Positions 1-13,206 of a stretch of 64,000 bases of DNA are shown piece after piece. Under the pieces are notes generated by a model. It did not search any database. It worked only from the letters and a program-made list of their open reading frames with translations, and was not told the DNA's origin. The stretch is from assembly GCA_951406725.2 (NCBI GenBank), contig OX597822.1, positions 49,476,001 through 49,540,000 of the forward strand. The letters run 5' to 3'. A program made the position numbers and the translations under genes. Position 1 is the stretch's first letter, and every line of letters begins with the position of its first letter. The DNA comes from Octopus vulgaris. Lineage: Eukaryota.

Positions 1-1221
1 CATCATAATTTTGATATATCTATAAAACTGTCAAAAGCTCGTTTATTTTCCTGTTTTTTAAAATTTATTATTAGTGTTGCTTCATACGTTTTGCTAAAAT
101 TGCTACTCCTTTTCAGATATCATCAGAAAAAAGGTAATTAAAATTCATTAATATGACAGATCTATCGGATTTTCAAAGAGGACAAATTGTTGGTGCTCGT
201 ATGGCAGGCGCTAGTGTAACGAAAGCAGCCGAAATATTTGGTGTATCAAGAAATACTGTCTCGAAAGTAATGACAGCTTTGGGAAGGAAGGAAAAAAATC
301 CTCGTTGAAACAAAACTCCGGAAGAAAGCCAAAACTTTCAGATAGGGGCCGGCAGGTGCTTACGCGAATTGTTAGAAAGGATCACAAAATTACAGCTCCC
401 AAAATTACCGCAGAAGTTCATGACCTCCTCGAGAACCGGGTTTCCACAAAAAACTGTTCGCCGGGAGCTGCACAAAGCCGGATTTGACGGGAGGGATGCA
501 ATCAGAAAACCACAAATTTCAAAAACAAACGTTTCTAAGCATTTAGAGTGGAGTAAAAACAAACAGAATTGGTCCCTAGAGCGGTGGAAGGATATTATTT
601 TCTCGGACGAGTCATCATTCACCTTATTTCCGACAACCGGCCGAGTATACGTATGGAGACAGCCAAAAGAAGCATTTGATCCAGACTGACTTCTTCCGAC
701 TGTTAAAAATGGAGGAGAATCTTTGATGATCTTGGGGTTTATATCTTAGAAATTCGCCGCCCCAATGGTTTCCCTTCATGGCAGAATTAATAGTCAAGAC
801 TAGTTAAGCAGTTTTTCTAAGGGAATTCATCCTATGTTTGCAGAACTGTTTCCGGAGGGAAACGCAATCTTTCAGGATGATAATGCCCCAATTCACACAG
901 CTAAATTTGTTACTGAATGGAACGAGGAACATTCTAGTGAAGTTGAACATCTTATCTGGCCACCACAGTCCCTCGATATCAATATTATTGAAAATTTATG
1001 GTGCCTTTTAGAAAAACAAGTAAGGTGTCGATATCCTCCACCATCATCACTACAAGAGCTGGAGACCTTTTTAGCTAAAGAATGGACAAAAATTCCTTTG
1101 GACACAATTCAAACTTTGTACGAGTCTATAGTTCGTAGAATTCAAGCTGTAATTACTGCCAAAAGTGGTCCTACTCCATATTAAAATAAATTTGTGTTTC
1201 CATTGTTTTGTCCAGCCCCTA
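1..1221 (+). mobile_element. Tc1-like DNA transposon (DD36E type), decayed; left end probably outside the window
   Basis: Right TIR gtgtttccattgttttgtccagcccct at 1194-1220, then one base and TA; encloses a disrupted transposase. Confidence 0.9.
153..1184 (+). pseudogene. Tc1 transposase pseudogene (frameshifts and stops)
   Basis: ATG153 gives MTDLSDFQRGQIVGARMAGASVTKAAEIFGVSRNTVSKV (HTH), then SGRKPKLS, IIFSDES, FQDDNAPIH and WPPQSLDINIIENLW spread over different frames with internal stops. Confidence 0.92.
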
Positions 1222-1462
1222 TAAATCTGAGAAACAGAAATCATTTCTGATTGTGGAACAATCGAGAACTTTTAGGATGGCTTTATCCTGTTGTGATATG
1301 TGACATTGTTGCGTAAAGACGATTATTAGCAACCAGAAATATATAATTAATTATTGGCTTACATTTAAGTAACCTCGGTCACTTTGTATTGAATTTAAAG
1401 ATGTAATTATGGTCATTAAAAACATAGCTGACATCGTTATTTCTTGCAAACTCTTTGGACAG

Positions 1463-1577
<115 letters not shown>

Positions 1578-1679
1578 CGTCTGTCTGCCTGCCTGTCTAT
1601 TTATTTAACTATCTATGCAATCACCCTCCCCACCAAAAAACAGGTACAAAACCACAAACATCAATTAAACGTACACATT

Positions 1680-2110
1680 GGGGGAGAATGGAAGGAGTGG
1701 AAGGAGAAAACGTCGTAGTAGAGGTAGGTGTCAGTTTCTTTGAAGAAGTGGTGAGAGAGCGATAGAGGGGATCAATAGAGAAAGAGAGAAAGAAACATAG
1801 ACAGGGATATCCAGAATGTTGACAGAGTTGCCAGAGGTGACAGAAGTGAATGCAAGAAAGGGATTAAAGGTAGAAATGAAAGAGATGGAATTATTGAGTT
1901 TTTCACGGGGGAAAGAGATCGCGCCAATACAGTTGTCTATATACCGACAGTATAGTTCTGGGTTCGGTCTGGTAAACGAAGAGGATTTGGACCTCGACAT
2001 AATCAACAAATAAAGTGGCAGAGTCGGATCCTATTCTCATTCCCATGGCGGACTAAGATCAGTGCTGGTAGACCTCGCTTGCAAGCGTGAAACAGAGGTA
2101 GAGAAGTGTT
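1680..2110 (-). mobile_element. Penelope-like element RT fragment
   Basis: Minus-strand translation MGMRIGSDSATLFVDYVE, ELYCRYIDNCIG, FISTFNPFLAFT, SVNILDI matches PLE RT motifs (AMG..SP, RYIDD, FLD). Confidence 0.8.
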
Positions 2111-2165
2111 AATATGTTAAAGAAAAAAATTGGAAAATTAAAGGTGTCTATTTACTTCCTGCATG

Positions 2166-2246
<81 letters not shown>

Positions 2247-2372
2247 ATGTATGTATACGTATGTAAAAACATGCATGCATACAAATATACATATACATAC
2301 ATATATATGCACACATATATATGTATATATATATTTATATGTTTATATGTACATATATGTATGTGTGTGTAT

Positions 2373-3345
2373 TGTTACGGTTAGACAAAAGGAAGACACC
2401 AAATATAGCAAACAAGCCCATAATAATTCAATTATGTATTGAGAAAAAAATGCCAAAACTTACATGGAAGTAAGCGTGAAGCTGTTATACATTTCAATAC
2501 ACAGCACAAAGCCATCACAAAATACTAGAACTCAAAGTGAAGAGCTGTTACAAATATGTCCTGAGTTAGTCAGTCCTTAGTGATTAAAAATCCGTAGCTG
2601 GAGATACGAAGCTGTCAATTTCGTTGGTTCATTCCAAATTCTCGATAGACAGGTCGGTTACAAGAAATGTGTCAAAATTTTCGCACAAATTTCATTCATA
2701 TCTAAATGATCTACCATGGGACTTTCATGTGCCAATTAAAATACATGACTTCGAAACAATTTTCGTACGGCAATCTGATAGTACACTTTCTATACATCCC
2801 TGCAGGATGTCCGGAGGCCTATATTTCCTCATCATAACACCATCCCTAAAGTAGTAGCAAACTAGAACCTTTTAACCTCCTCAAAAGAAATAGCCTTATT
2901 AGTTAACTTCTGCAACTCAACATCCTCCTCTCTGCGTACAAGTTGTTCTCTAGAGAAAATGTGTTTACATCAAGAAGAACTGAAGGGTCACTACCCTTTG
3001 AAGATAAGTCACTACTCTTTAAAGATAAGTAGGCTCACTACTCTTTGAAGATAAGTCAGCCTCTACCTTACTAAATGAATGATCCATGAAAGTACCTGAG
3101 AAATCACAAATGAAATCATTCGGCAAAGGAGACTTGGAAGAAATGTCTTTCGACATATACGAGTCACTGCACAAGAAGGAAAAATACCGGGAAAATCATT
3201 CTCTAACTTTTCTGTATTAATTGAACTCTCTGCAGAAACAGTGACAATAGGATCAGCACCAACCTTGGACCCCATAAGATCATTTCCGAAAAACAAATCG
3301 ATGCCCGAACCTGGGAGAGAATCAAGAACACCAGGACCAAAACCA
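2373..3345 (-). mobile_element. Gypsy (Gmr1-like) LTR retrotransposon remnant: protease C-terminus, integrase zinc-binding region, probable LTR end
   Basis: ORF 3063-3464(-) has DLFFGNDLMGSKV and FPGIFPSCAVTR. Further along the minus strand come CYYFRDGVMMRKYRPPD and HESPMVDHL..KILTHF (HHCC start). The element ends in CCGTAACA at 2373. Confidence 0.7.
2988..3055. repeat. Three copies of 21-bp tcactac(c/t)cttt(g/a)aagataag
   Basis: Seen directly at 2988, 3009 and 3035. Confidence 0.9.
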
Positions 3346-3349
3346 AGCT

Positions 3350-3753
3350 TTGAAGACAAAAAGACCCGCTTTAGTGAAACGAAAAGGAGTGATGTTTCAC
3401 CAGGACAATGCGCGAGTCCACATTGCAAGATCGAAGAGCTTGGTTGGGAAAATTCCTTATCCAACTTATTCTCTCAACCTTGCTCCTTCAGACTACATTT
3501 GTTTCATAGTTTATAGAATCATTTGGGGGACATAACTTTCGCAAGCCAGGAGCAGGTCGAGACTGACATTTCAGAGTTCTTCGCTTTGAAACCAAAAGAG
3601 TTTTACATTGAGGGGATTAAAAAGTTTGTAAATAGATAGAAGGAAGTCATAGATAATCAGGGAATTTACATTGATAATAAAATTTCAATTAAATATAACG
3701 TTTGATCACTTATTTTCTTTATTAAAATTTCGGACAGAACTTATGGGACAGAA

Positions 3754-3757
<4 letters not shown>
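3350..3757 (+). mobile_element. mariner transposon 3' fragment
   Basis: KRPALVKRKGVMFHQDNARVH and YSLNLAPSDY (YSPDLAPSD motif); terminal cggacagaacttatgggac before (TA)n. Confidence 0.85.
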
Positions 3758-3794
<37 letters not shown>

Positions 3795-3829
3795 GAGTGT
3801 AGATAGATAAATAGATAGGTATAATATCA

Positions 3830-4340
3830 ATAATAATAAAGAGCATGGAGATTTAAACATCCACAAAATTTAGTTTATATACAGCATACTGTAATGGCCT
3901 GCACATGTTTTCGCTGCAGCGACTACTCCGTGCTGCAAATGCAACCTTGTTATGTTGTAGATGCAACTTCATCATGGTCGGTCCATTTGGACACCTTCGA
4001 AGCGAACTCATCGATGCAAGTTTTTGTTAGTTTTCTGTGGGAGGTGGAATTGTTGTTATTTATAGGTATGTACTGTTGAGCTCAACTTCAGCCCAGTCGT
4101 TGTCCGAAGTTATAGTTTGGTCTTAAAATATGTTAAGATCGAGATTATTGTTTTTCTATGGTTCTTTGATCGTTTTATTGGCTTTTGTGTATTGTGCTTT
4201 TGATTTTGAATATTGTACTTGCATTGAAGCGTTCATGTTTGTATGTATTCAATAATTGGTTGGGCTGTTCATTATTCTTTTACTTATTGGGCAGGGTATT
4301 GTTTTTTGTAGTCTGATGATTGTGAAATATTTTATGTTTA
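3830..4340 (-). mobile_element. Probable PLE pLTR fragment with degenerate hammerhead motif
   Basis: Minus strand reads gacc-ATGATGA-agttgca...tgcagc-GAAA-acatgt-GCA-ggcc (3896-3979), followed by the CTCCAT terminal motif shared with other PLE ends here. Confidence 0.5.
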
Positions 4341-5804
4341 GGTTATGTGATATGAATATATGTTTTACATACATACATACACACATACACATACAAGCAC
4401 ACTCATATTTCATATGTAATCGGTAAATTATATATTTAGTTTACATTCGAATGACATCCGTTCTAAAATCAGATATGCAACGAATTTCCACTTTCTCGTC
4501 ATATACTAGAGATGATTATCAATGGCACACATATACCGCGTAAGGAGTTTAATCTCGTTTCGATATTTTATGTTGATATCTCTAAACATGACTATAGATA
4601 CGGAATTGTTTTCTGTGACCTAGCAGGTAGTTATAAAGCGAATATTGTGTATACTTTGAAATCAATTTGTATGCTTCCCTTATGTGTTATGCAGGTCAAA
4701 AAGGGTAGAGTGTTGTGTTAGAGAAATCACATTTTCACCTTAATAAATTGCTGGATTCATTTAATATCAAATGCATGGTTAGTGTCACGACAGATTTCAG
4801 ATATAGTTCTCTATAAAACAGTCTAGATGTTAGAGAGAGAGAGAAAGAGAGAGGGCGAGAGAGAGGGAGAGAGAGAAGACGGAACGAAAAATGAACGGTG
4901 TGCATCTATTGATGTGTAAATAGACAAAAATCTAAAATGAAATGATAATAATAATGAAACAAAAACAATGATGATGAGGAGGGGGAGGCGAACAAAGTGG
5001 ATGAAAATAACAATATGATGTCAGTGGTGTAATAGCAAAAAGCCAAGAACGTTAACATTTTGTCATGTTTAAGAACTCACTGACATCTTTGAACAGCACA
5101 TGTCATTTCTTTGTTTTGTTAAATCACGTGTTAAAGGCAACTGAGTGCTTAGACGAAATCATCTTATGTGTGACGTGACGTAACCTTGAATGGATTGATT
5201 TTTCTCAAATTTCGTTGGAATTTTTTCGGTAAATTTAAGTCATATGAGAATAACTTTTTCCTATTTTCATTCTTTGTCTATCTTAGACGCATGCTCTCTT
5301 AGCAGAGTTTTGGTTTAAATATTTGTATTATTTGGACGATGAGCTTTTGAACTTTGCGTTACCTGAACTGTGTGGCTACATGCTTCTTTGTATAAACATT
5401 GACAATGTAGTTAATCTCTTTATTCCTAAATTGTGCGGTAATAATTAATATCAAATACATTTGTTATACTCATGAGATTTGCTCATCGATCTCCCAAAAG
5501 TTAGTTCTTTCACGTCCATTTCATTATACATTATTAAACCTGACAGTTTGTTTCATTCGTAATATTACACTTGTGATCAAACGAATACAGATGTGACTGT
5601 AGCGAAAAAAAAGTTATTTAATATTCTTCAGGAAACGATAAAAAATAAATATGTATAATTTTTTCCTGTCTGTAACGGGTTGGGGCATTACACATGAAAA
5701 CAATTGCAACTACATTACCACAATGAAAGAAGTTCAAGTGATAGGTTTTAAACGACATTAATTAATGAACGGGATCGAAGATATAATCGAAACTTTTCAT
5801 ATTT

Positions 5805-6295
5805 ATTTTTATTTGCTGGGTTCAGAAGAAGGAGCAATGTCCATGGCTTATGCAGGCTCTCTTAGAACGGTGGGGTTGGTGTCATCTATGTTCTCCTGAA
5901 TCATTTGGAACCCGCGGAAAATGTATGAGCTGGGACGGAATTCTAGAGGGCCGACGTTCTGAGAAGGTACGACTGGGTGTAGCGATTAGGACGAGGCCTT
6001 GATGGGGGTTAGGGGACAACAATTATGACCAGAGGAGGAGAGACAAGTAGAACGCGATTGCCTGAGTAGGGGTGGAATAAACACAATTCGCTCTGAGAAG
6101 CTGATGTTATTTTAGTAGTTGTTGTAAAGGTAGAAGGATAGATTCATCGCGTCTGTGGATGAGAGTGCGGAGTGCGTTCGTGTGCAACTTTATGTTAATA
6201 AGTCGGCTATCTCTTTTCTGAATGTAGTCTCGGATGCCTGTGTGTGCAGCAGGCAGCAACATTCCTGAAGTGAAGACAATGCCCCACTGAATCAG
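5805..6295 (-). mobile_element. CR1/L2/Jockey-group LINE ORF2 3' end
   Basis: Minus-strand translation DYIQKR..RLIN, LRTLIHRR, IPPLLRQSRST, YTQSYLLRTSAL*NSVP, followed by an A-rich tail. Confidence 0.7.
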
Positions 6296-6317
6296 TAGTA
6301 TTATATATCATTGATTC

Positions 6318-6552
6318 AAGGCGGCGAGCAGGCAGAAACGTTAGCACGCCGGGTGAAATGCGTAGCCGTATTTCGTCTGCCGCTACGTTCTGAGTTCAAA
6401 TTCCACCGAGGTCGACTTTGCCTTTCATCCTTTCGGGGTCGATTAAATAAGTACCAGTTACGCACAGGGGTCGATGTAATCGACTTAATCCGTTTGTCTG
6501 TCCTTGTTTGTCCTCTCTGTGTTTAGCCCCTTGTGGGTAGTAAAGAAATAGG
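6318..6552 (+). mobile_element. tRNA-derived SINE family A (Deu/Nin-like central domain), full length
   Basis: GGCGGCGAGC..GGCAGAA head, GAGTTCAAATTCC B-box and gactttgcctttcatcctttcggggtcgat core; several other copies in the window. Confidence 0.9.
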
Positions 6553-7570
6553 TATTATATACACCCTTGTACAACACAAAGCAATGTTAAGAAAAAAGTA
6601 TAAATCGGAAAATGTATAAAATATGGAACTTTCAACACTTCCGCTATTATCTAAAAATATAATTTCACACATAACTAAAGAATTCTGTTTTCCTTATATA
6701 CTTTTATGATCTAGCCATATATCGCTGTTGCAAATCATAGCCGTTGTATATACTTAAAGTGTAAAATTAAAAGAAATTATAAACGCAATAAAGTAAAACA
6801 GATTGAATTACAAAACCTGTTACAATAGAGATCAATTGAAAAAGAATGAAAAGAGTATTAATATGCTTCTGCAACATGATCACTATTATTGTTGCTATTG
6901 TTGTTGTTAATTAACTACGGATCTACCCTAGTTCAGAAAATTTATGATCCACAATGTTCCGTCAGTGACTATTCAATCTGTTTTCAGATGATGTAACTAG
7001 AGCTTCAATATTCAATGCATCTCTTTTTTTAAAAAAAATATAATGGAATTTAAGATATACTAGTTATTACTAACATCAGAAGCTCTTATGTTAGTTCGCC
7101 ATCATAGTTGACTGAGTAAATCAACTTGGTCTACATGCATATTGCTTACAAACATACGTATAGCAATATACATACATATACATATATATAGATACATCCA
7201 TACATAAATACCTACATACATACACACATATGCATACATACATAAAAATTAATATACACAACTAAGCGGATTGTAAGACCATAAAGGAAAAGTTTAATCG
7301 TTACTAGTTGTGACTGAGGGTTTTGAATAGATCCCATATTGGAATAGATAAGAGCTAAACCCTTAATATTGTATAAAGTGCACAATATATATATATACAT
7401 TGACAGAGGAGATAGCCTCTCCATGAGCGAAGCTAGGGTCAATGGAGTAGACTAGATTCGTCTATCAGTCGTAGACCTGTCAGCGGGGACTACTACATCG
7501 CTCGGATGGTTTTGCTAAATCGATATGTCAGTAAACACACACTCACACACACACACACACAGACACACAG

Positions 7571-7604
<34 letters not shown>

Positions 7605-7671
7605 ACACACACACACACACAGAAAATTTAATCGTTGCCAGTTGTGACATACATACATACATGCATGAATA

Positions 7672-9730
7672 CAAGGATATCTCACTGGTACACAAGGAAA
7701 CAGAAATACCAAAATTACACATGGTTTCTTTGTGGATGACTTGAAATTTTATGCAAAGAATATGCATGAGATGAAAAAGAGCCTTGACTGAATTACAAAA
7801 TTCTCAAAGGATATAGAGCTGGAGTTTGGTCAGGATAAATGTTGTTATATGGTTGTGAAAATGGAGAAAACTATAAAGCACACTAGCAACATCTCCATCG
7901 ATGATTTGACTGTTTCTCCAGACGAGGAATATTACACGTATCTAGGAGTGGATGAAAACATATCTTAATGGCACCTATGACAAAACACGTATCATTAAAG
8001 AATATTACAGCCGATTAAAGAAACTTTTGACCTCAGAACTCTCTAGATACAATGAAACAGTGACCCACAATGTCTTTGCAGCACCAATTCTCATAGCAAC
8101 ATTTTGGTTGCTTGATTGGACGCTTGATGAGATTCGAGCTATTGATGTGAAAATTACTAACAAGCACACATAAAATCTACATAAATAGTGACGTAGACCG
8201 CCTCTACCTATAACGAAAACAGGGCAGCAGATGCTTAACATCGATCCAAAATGACTTTGAATGTCGTATCACATCCCTTCGGCAACATCTTTTAATCACC
8301 AAGTGTCGACCAAGTTTGTATACATGATGCTGATAACATCATAAGATTTGGAAGGTAGCTCTTTGAGCAATATCCCTTGTCTAATAACCTACAATACATG
8401 CCCAAATACGTCGCACGACTTTACCGCAACGTATCATCAAATGAAAGGATGAGCCTATATAAGCAGAAGACTGTGCATGGCTATGTTAGTTGGAAGCTCC
8501 GAGATTATAGTAACATTGGTCATAAAAGCAGTCTCCAATAGCCGGATTACTACCTCCTACAATGAAGGGTATGAGTTTGAAATCCAGAAACAAGAAATAT
8601 CAAGCAAATACTTAATGCAGAAAAGTTATAGAAATGCAGGAAAAGTAGAAAAATGTGACGACCGATGCAGATTTCGTGGAGTTAACTCCGAAAATATCAC
8701 CCACATCATAAGCAGTTGTCCAAAAATGTCATCACGGTATTATCTACCGAGGAGACATACTGTTGTAGACAGGACACTCTATAATGAAATCCTTCGGAAT
8801 GATAATCCCGTTGATAAAGAAATAAAAACCCACAGTATGGTAGAAGCCAAAGCATATCATAATAAAAAACTGTATTTGTGGAATGTCCCAGTGAAGACCT
8901 ACCTCCATCAAATGTAAACACAAAAGACCTGATAGAGAAGAGAAACTGTGTGTTGTAGTAGAAATCAGCTACCCATCGGATGTTAACATACAGCTGAAGA
9001 TCAGTAAAAAATGAATATCAACGCTGAAATATTGGGAAAGTTGTTTCACACCTATTATGCTATTTTTCTTTTGTTTCTTGGCTCCGGTGAGGCGACTCGG
9101 AACATTCACGATTCCTCTACCCCACCTCCCTTTCGCGAGCGCGCATTTTTGTTTTGATATGCGTTTAGAGCAAGTTGTTTTACATCTGTTACACTATTTT
9201 CCTTTTGTTTTTTTTTTGCTCGGGTCAAACGCTTTAGTTTAACCGAGAAACCTGCAGTGACTCTATCCAGATTACAAGTTCGGATTTATATCTGTAATTA
9301 CTGGGGCCCTGAGGTATGTAACACACTGCCTAAATACCGATCTTGAGAAATTAGGCTTCTCAAAATCAGAAAAGAGGAAGCTAATTCGAAGACTACAGAT
9401 CCAATCCATTACTGAAACTGTAAAAATCTGTAAAGCTTTCCAGGAGTTTATCATTTAAATATATATGAGCATTTCCAGATATGCAACAACATGCATGAAG
9501 ATTCATACATAAAGCAAAACATAGAAATCTGCACATATACATACATACATACATACATACATACATACATACATACATACATACATACATACATACATAC
9601 ATACACACATACAAAAAAACACAAATACTTTGTTGTTGATGTTGAAATTCCAATGAATAGCCTTGGATCTAAGTTAGAAACCGGCTCTTACTCTATTAGC
9701 AAGAAATCTTGAAATAAAACTAAAGAATGA
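7672..9730 (+). mobile_element. R4/Dong-like RLE non-LTR retrotransposon, 5'-truncated and decayed
   Basis: FVDDLKFYA, LEFGQDKC, YTYLG (RT), CRF..ENITHIISSC..YYLPRRH (CCHC knuckle), KRPD and VVEIS (RLE), FGFISVITGALRYV; flanked by (TACA)n. Confidence 0.85.
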
Positions 9731-9963
9731 CATACATACATACATACTTACACACATTCATCTATTTATGCCTGACATTTGTGGGAGTAGTAAGAGCGTT
9801 CTCACCTGAACGCTTTTTGTATTCATCCTGACTCTTTTTGCTGAGGTCAGCTTTGCTTTTAATTTTTTTGGGGGGTGGGGGTGGGGGAGATGAATCCAAG
9901 CCCTCGTCAAGTACTAGCACTACTGGAGCACTAGGACAAACCGTTGTTGACTGCTGTTGATAC

Positions 9964-10035
9964 TTTCTTCTTCTTCTTCTTCTTCTTCTTCTTCTTCTTC
10001 TTCTTCTTCTTCTTCTTCTTCTTCTTCTTCTTCTC
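9964..10035. repeat. (TTC)n microsatellite
   Basis: Seen directly. Confidence 0.98.
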
Positions 10036-10624
10036 CTCCTCATTTACTCTTTTCCACTTTGTCTTTCGAAGAAGGCGGCTGCGTCCAGATACGAAGACGG
10101 CTATATTTCGTCAGGTTTTATTAACGTGTCTCAGACGTGCCGATCTCACGACATTACTCCTATTAGACTTTCATTGCCATCATTCATGTATTTTTACATT
10201 TTTGATAACTCAGCATTGAGGATTTGATAAAAAATATATGATGAATAAAACAATAAACAAATAAGCATGTCTGGTAAGTGATATACAAAGGAAATAACAA
10301 AGGAGAAGGTGTATTTGTTAATCTGGGTCTTTTAATAGTTTAGGAAAATTAATAGCACATTGGTCGGAGAATACAAATGAAATCAATTGTTATTTTTTTC
10401 CCACAATTACTTGCTAGTGACATTTAAGTCTACTGCTGATAGATTTCGGCTTGTGTGATATATTGGAGTATTAGTAAGACGCTAATGAAACACGGGAGAT
10501 GAACGAATGATTTATTTTTCATGTCGTTCGTACTATCTACTCCGTAAAAGTAATTTGTCTGTTACACATTTAAACTTAGAGAAGGTATGTAGAGAAGATA
10601 TGAGGGCGGAAATTGAAAGTATCA

Positions 10625-10806
<182 letters not shown>

Positions 10807-10977
10807 CAAATTGAGATAGGGGTTGTAAATGCAACCCTCCATGGGATAACATATATCCAATATACTGCTAGTGAAGTACCCAACAAAGTTAATACATAAA
10901 TGTTAAGGATTGCGATGCAATCAATTCATCTACTGTATTATATGGCGAAGGTAAAATGATTTACCACAAATAACTAA

Positions 10978-11562
10978 TACAAGATAAGAAAATGGAGAAA
11001 TACATCTAAATCAAATATCAATTACCAGATAATACTCAATCACATACTTTATTAAACCACCACATAAGAGACTGTAGGGTTAAACATAAAAAAGCAGAAC
11101 AAATCAGTGTACATAAAGGAATGTACATAAAAAAGTGTACATAAAAGAGAGATGTTGTATAATAAGTAGAATATATATAAAAAAAGAGAATACACATATA
11201 AGTAAATATAAATATAAGTATAGATTACATCTTACAGCTGTTTCGGCCATGTAGATAAGTATGTCTCATTTTACCATGAGACATACTTATCTACATGGCC
11301 GAAACAGCTGTAAGATGTAATCTATACTTATATTTATATTTACTTATATGTGTATTCTCTTTTTTTATATATATTCTACTTATTATACAACATCTCTCTT
11401 TTGTGTACATTTTTTATGTACATTCCTTTATGTACACTGATTTGTTCTGCTTTTTTATGTTTAACCCTACAGTCTCTTATGTGGTGGTTTAATAAAGTAT
11501 GTGATTGAGTATTATCTGGTAATTGATATTTGATTTAGATGTATTTCCCCATTTTCTTATCT

Positions 11563-11566
<4 letters not shown>
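10978..11566. repeat. Fold-back palindrome of a PLE pLTR-type 3' end; ~292-bp arms, 6-nt spacer
   Basis: 10978-11269 is the near-perfect reverse complement of 11276-11566; the spacer is tttacc; each arm carries GAAACAGCTGTA. Confidence 0.95.
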
Positions 11567-11603
<37 letters not shown>

Positions 11604-11629
11604 CAGTCATGCCTTTGGATATATTTATA

Positions 11630-12098
11630 TATAAACCAGAAAATAAGAAAATGGAGATATAACAATCAATAAAAATTTATCTGCAACAATCAAACATAAT
11701 CCCTTACAGCTGTTTCAATTGAGCCTAAACAGATTAAATAGCAATTACTACAATCATTCTATTAAGCAAAATCTATTCAGAGGGTTAGAAAAAAGATATA
11801 CTGTTCGGTTTTTATGTGTTGTATTTTAGAAACATCACATTATGGCTAATGTCGGTATACACCTGGGTTAGAGGGTTATAGGTTATTTTAGTGGGTAACG
11901 GATAATATGTGAATATAATTAAGGTAATAAAAGGTAAATGAATAGAGTGTGAATGGTAACTTACAGTGACGACGTGTATCGTATGAATGAGGAGATAAAA
12001 TAAATACTTTATTAACTTGTTTTTAAAATTGAGAGAAACTTAAATAATACATAAACATATATTAACATCGGTCAAAAACATTAATCTTTTAATTAGTG

Positions 12099-12134
<36 letters not shown>

Positions 12135-12408
12135 GATATATGCATATATATAAATATATATACATCCATACATATACATACACAAACAATAGATACAAAT
12201 AGATATGCACATATACACACATACATGGAGATACGTGTATGTGAACCAATACATGCAAAGGAATATATATATATGAAGAAACACATATGTATGTATATAC
12301 ATGTACACACACGCATATATTTATATACACACATGTATACATACACATACACATATACATATCAATACTTATACATAACGCACATTTTGCGTGTACACCC
12401 TTACATAC

Positions 12409-12449
<41 letters not shown>

Positions 12450-12830
12450 GATAAGCGAATAAGTACATAGATATGAATAATATATACATACACACTCAAA
12501 ATATACACTCACCCCTAAAAACAATATTGGTATGGATCACATAAATTCAAAATAATTTGATTGGTTAATAAATTCAAATTCTCCTACTAATATTCTTAAC
12601 TACATTCTTAACTACATTCTAATAAATCTAGGTCTATCGTTGAGCATCCAATAAGGTTTGTAAATATAGAGAAACGTCAGGTTGGTATCTATTGTTAAAT
12701 TAAGATCGAATGTTTTCACAACCGATCTTGTGCTGGTCCATTGGTATTCTTAGTTAAAGCTAGAGCATCGTCCCTATAAATAGCGAAATATACACCAGGA
12801 AAAGCTTTTCCTAACGCGCCAATATCAAAA
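11630..12830 (-). mobile_element. Penelope-like element (YRDD-type RT) with pLTR hammerhead remnant, interrupted by microsatellite
   Basis: Minus strand has YFAIYRDDALALTKNTNGPAQDRL, DLNLTIDTN and YKPY; it also reads ccct-CTGAATA...GAAACagctGTA-aggg at 11701-11784. Confidence 0.75.
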
Positions 12831-12844
12831 AATTCAAAAACACT

Positions 12845-13206
12845 AAATAAGTAAAAATATTTAATAATAAACATATTAGATTTGGATTTTCAGTTTCTAC
12901 TAATCCTTTTAGGATAATATTTTCATTTAACAATAAGAAACCAGATCAATTTTATCAAAACAAAATTACTAAAATTGAACGTAGGACCTCCAACAATATT
13001 AATAAAAATCCGCATAATCCTACAATTAACAATATCAATACTAATAATAACCACAACTCTTATAATTCAACAAAACATACATATAACACAACAGCACTAT
13101 CCACAAATACAAATAGAAATTGCAGAGACCCTAATGCTTGTAAATTAGAAAGGAATTGTAAAAAGAAAGTCGTTGTATACCAGGCAACAATTATAAAGCA
13201 AGACTA

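Noticed and set aside
2988-3055. Short repeats superficially like a CRISPR array (also 30896-31059)
   Set aside because: They are tandem with no unique spacers, there are no cas genes, and the context is eukaryotic.
7288-7648. Short direct repeat tttaatcgtt.c.agttgtgac around a hairpin-rich segment
   Set aside because: Only ~25 bp and imperfect; no element boundaries could be defined.
10060-10120. Minus-strand CTGACGA...CGAAA hammerhead-like words
   Set aside because: Stems I-III and a cleavage triplet cannot be formed.
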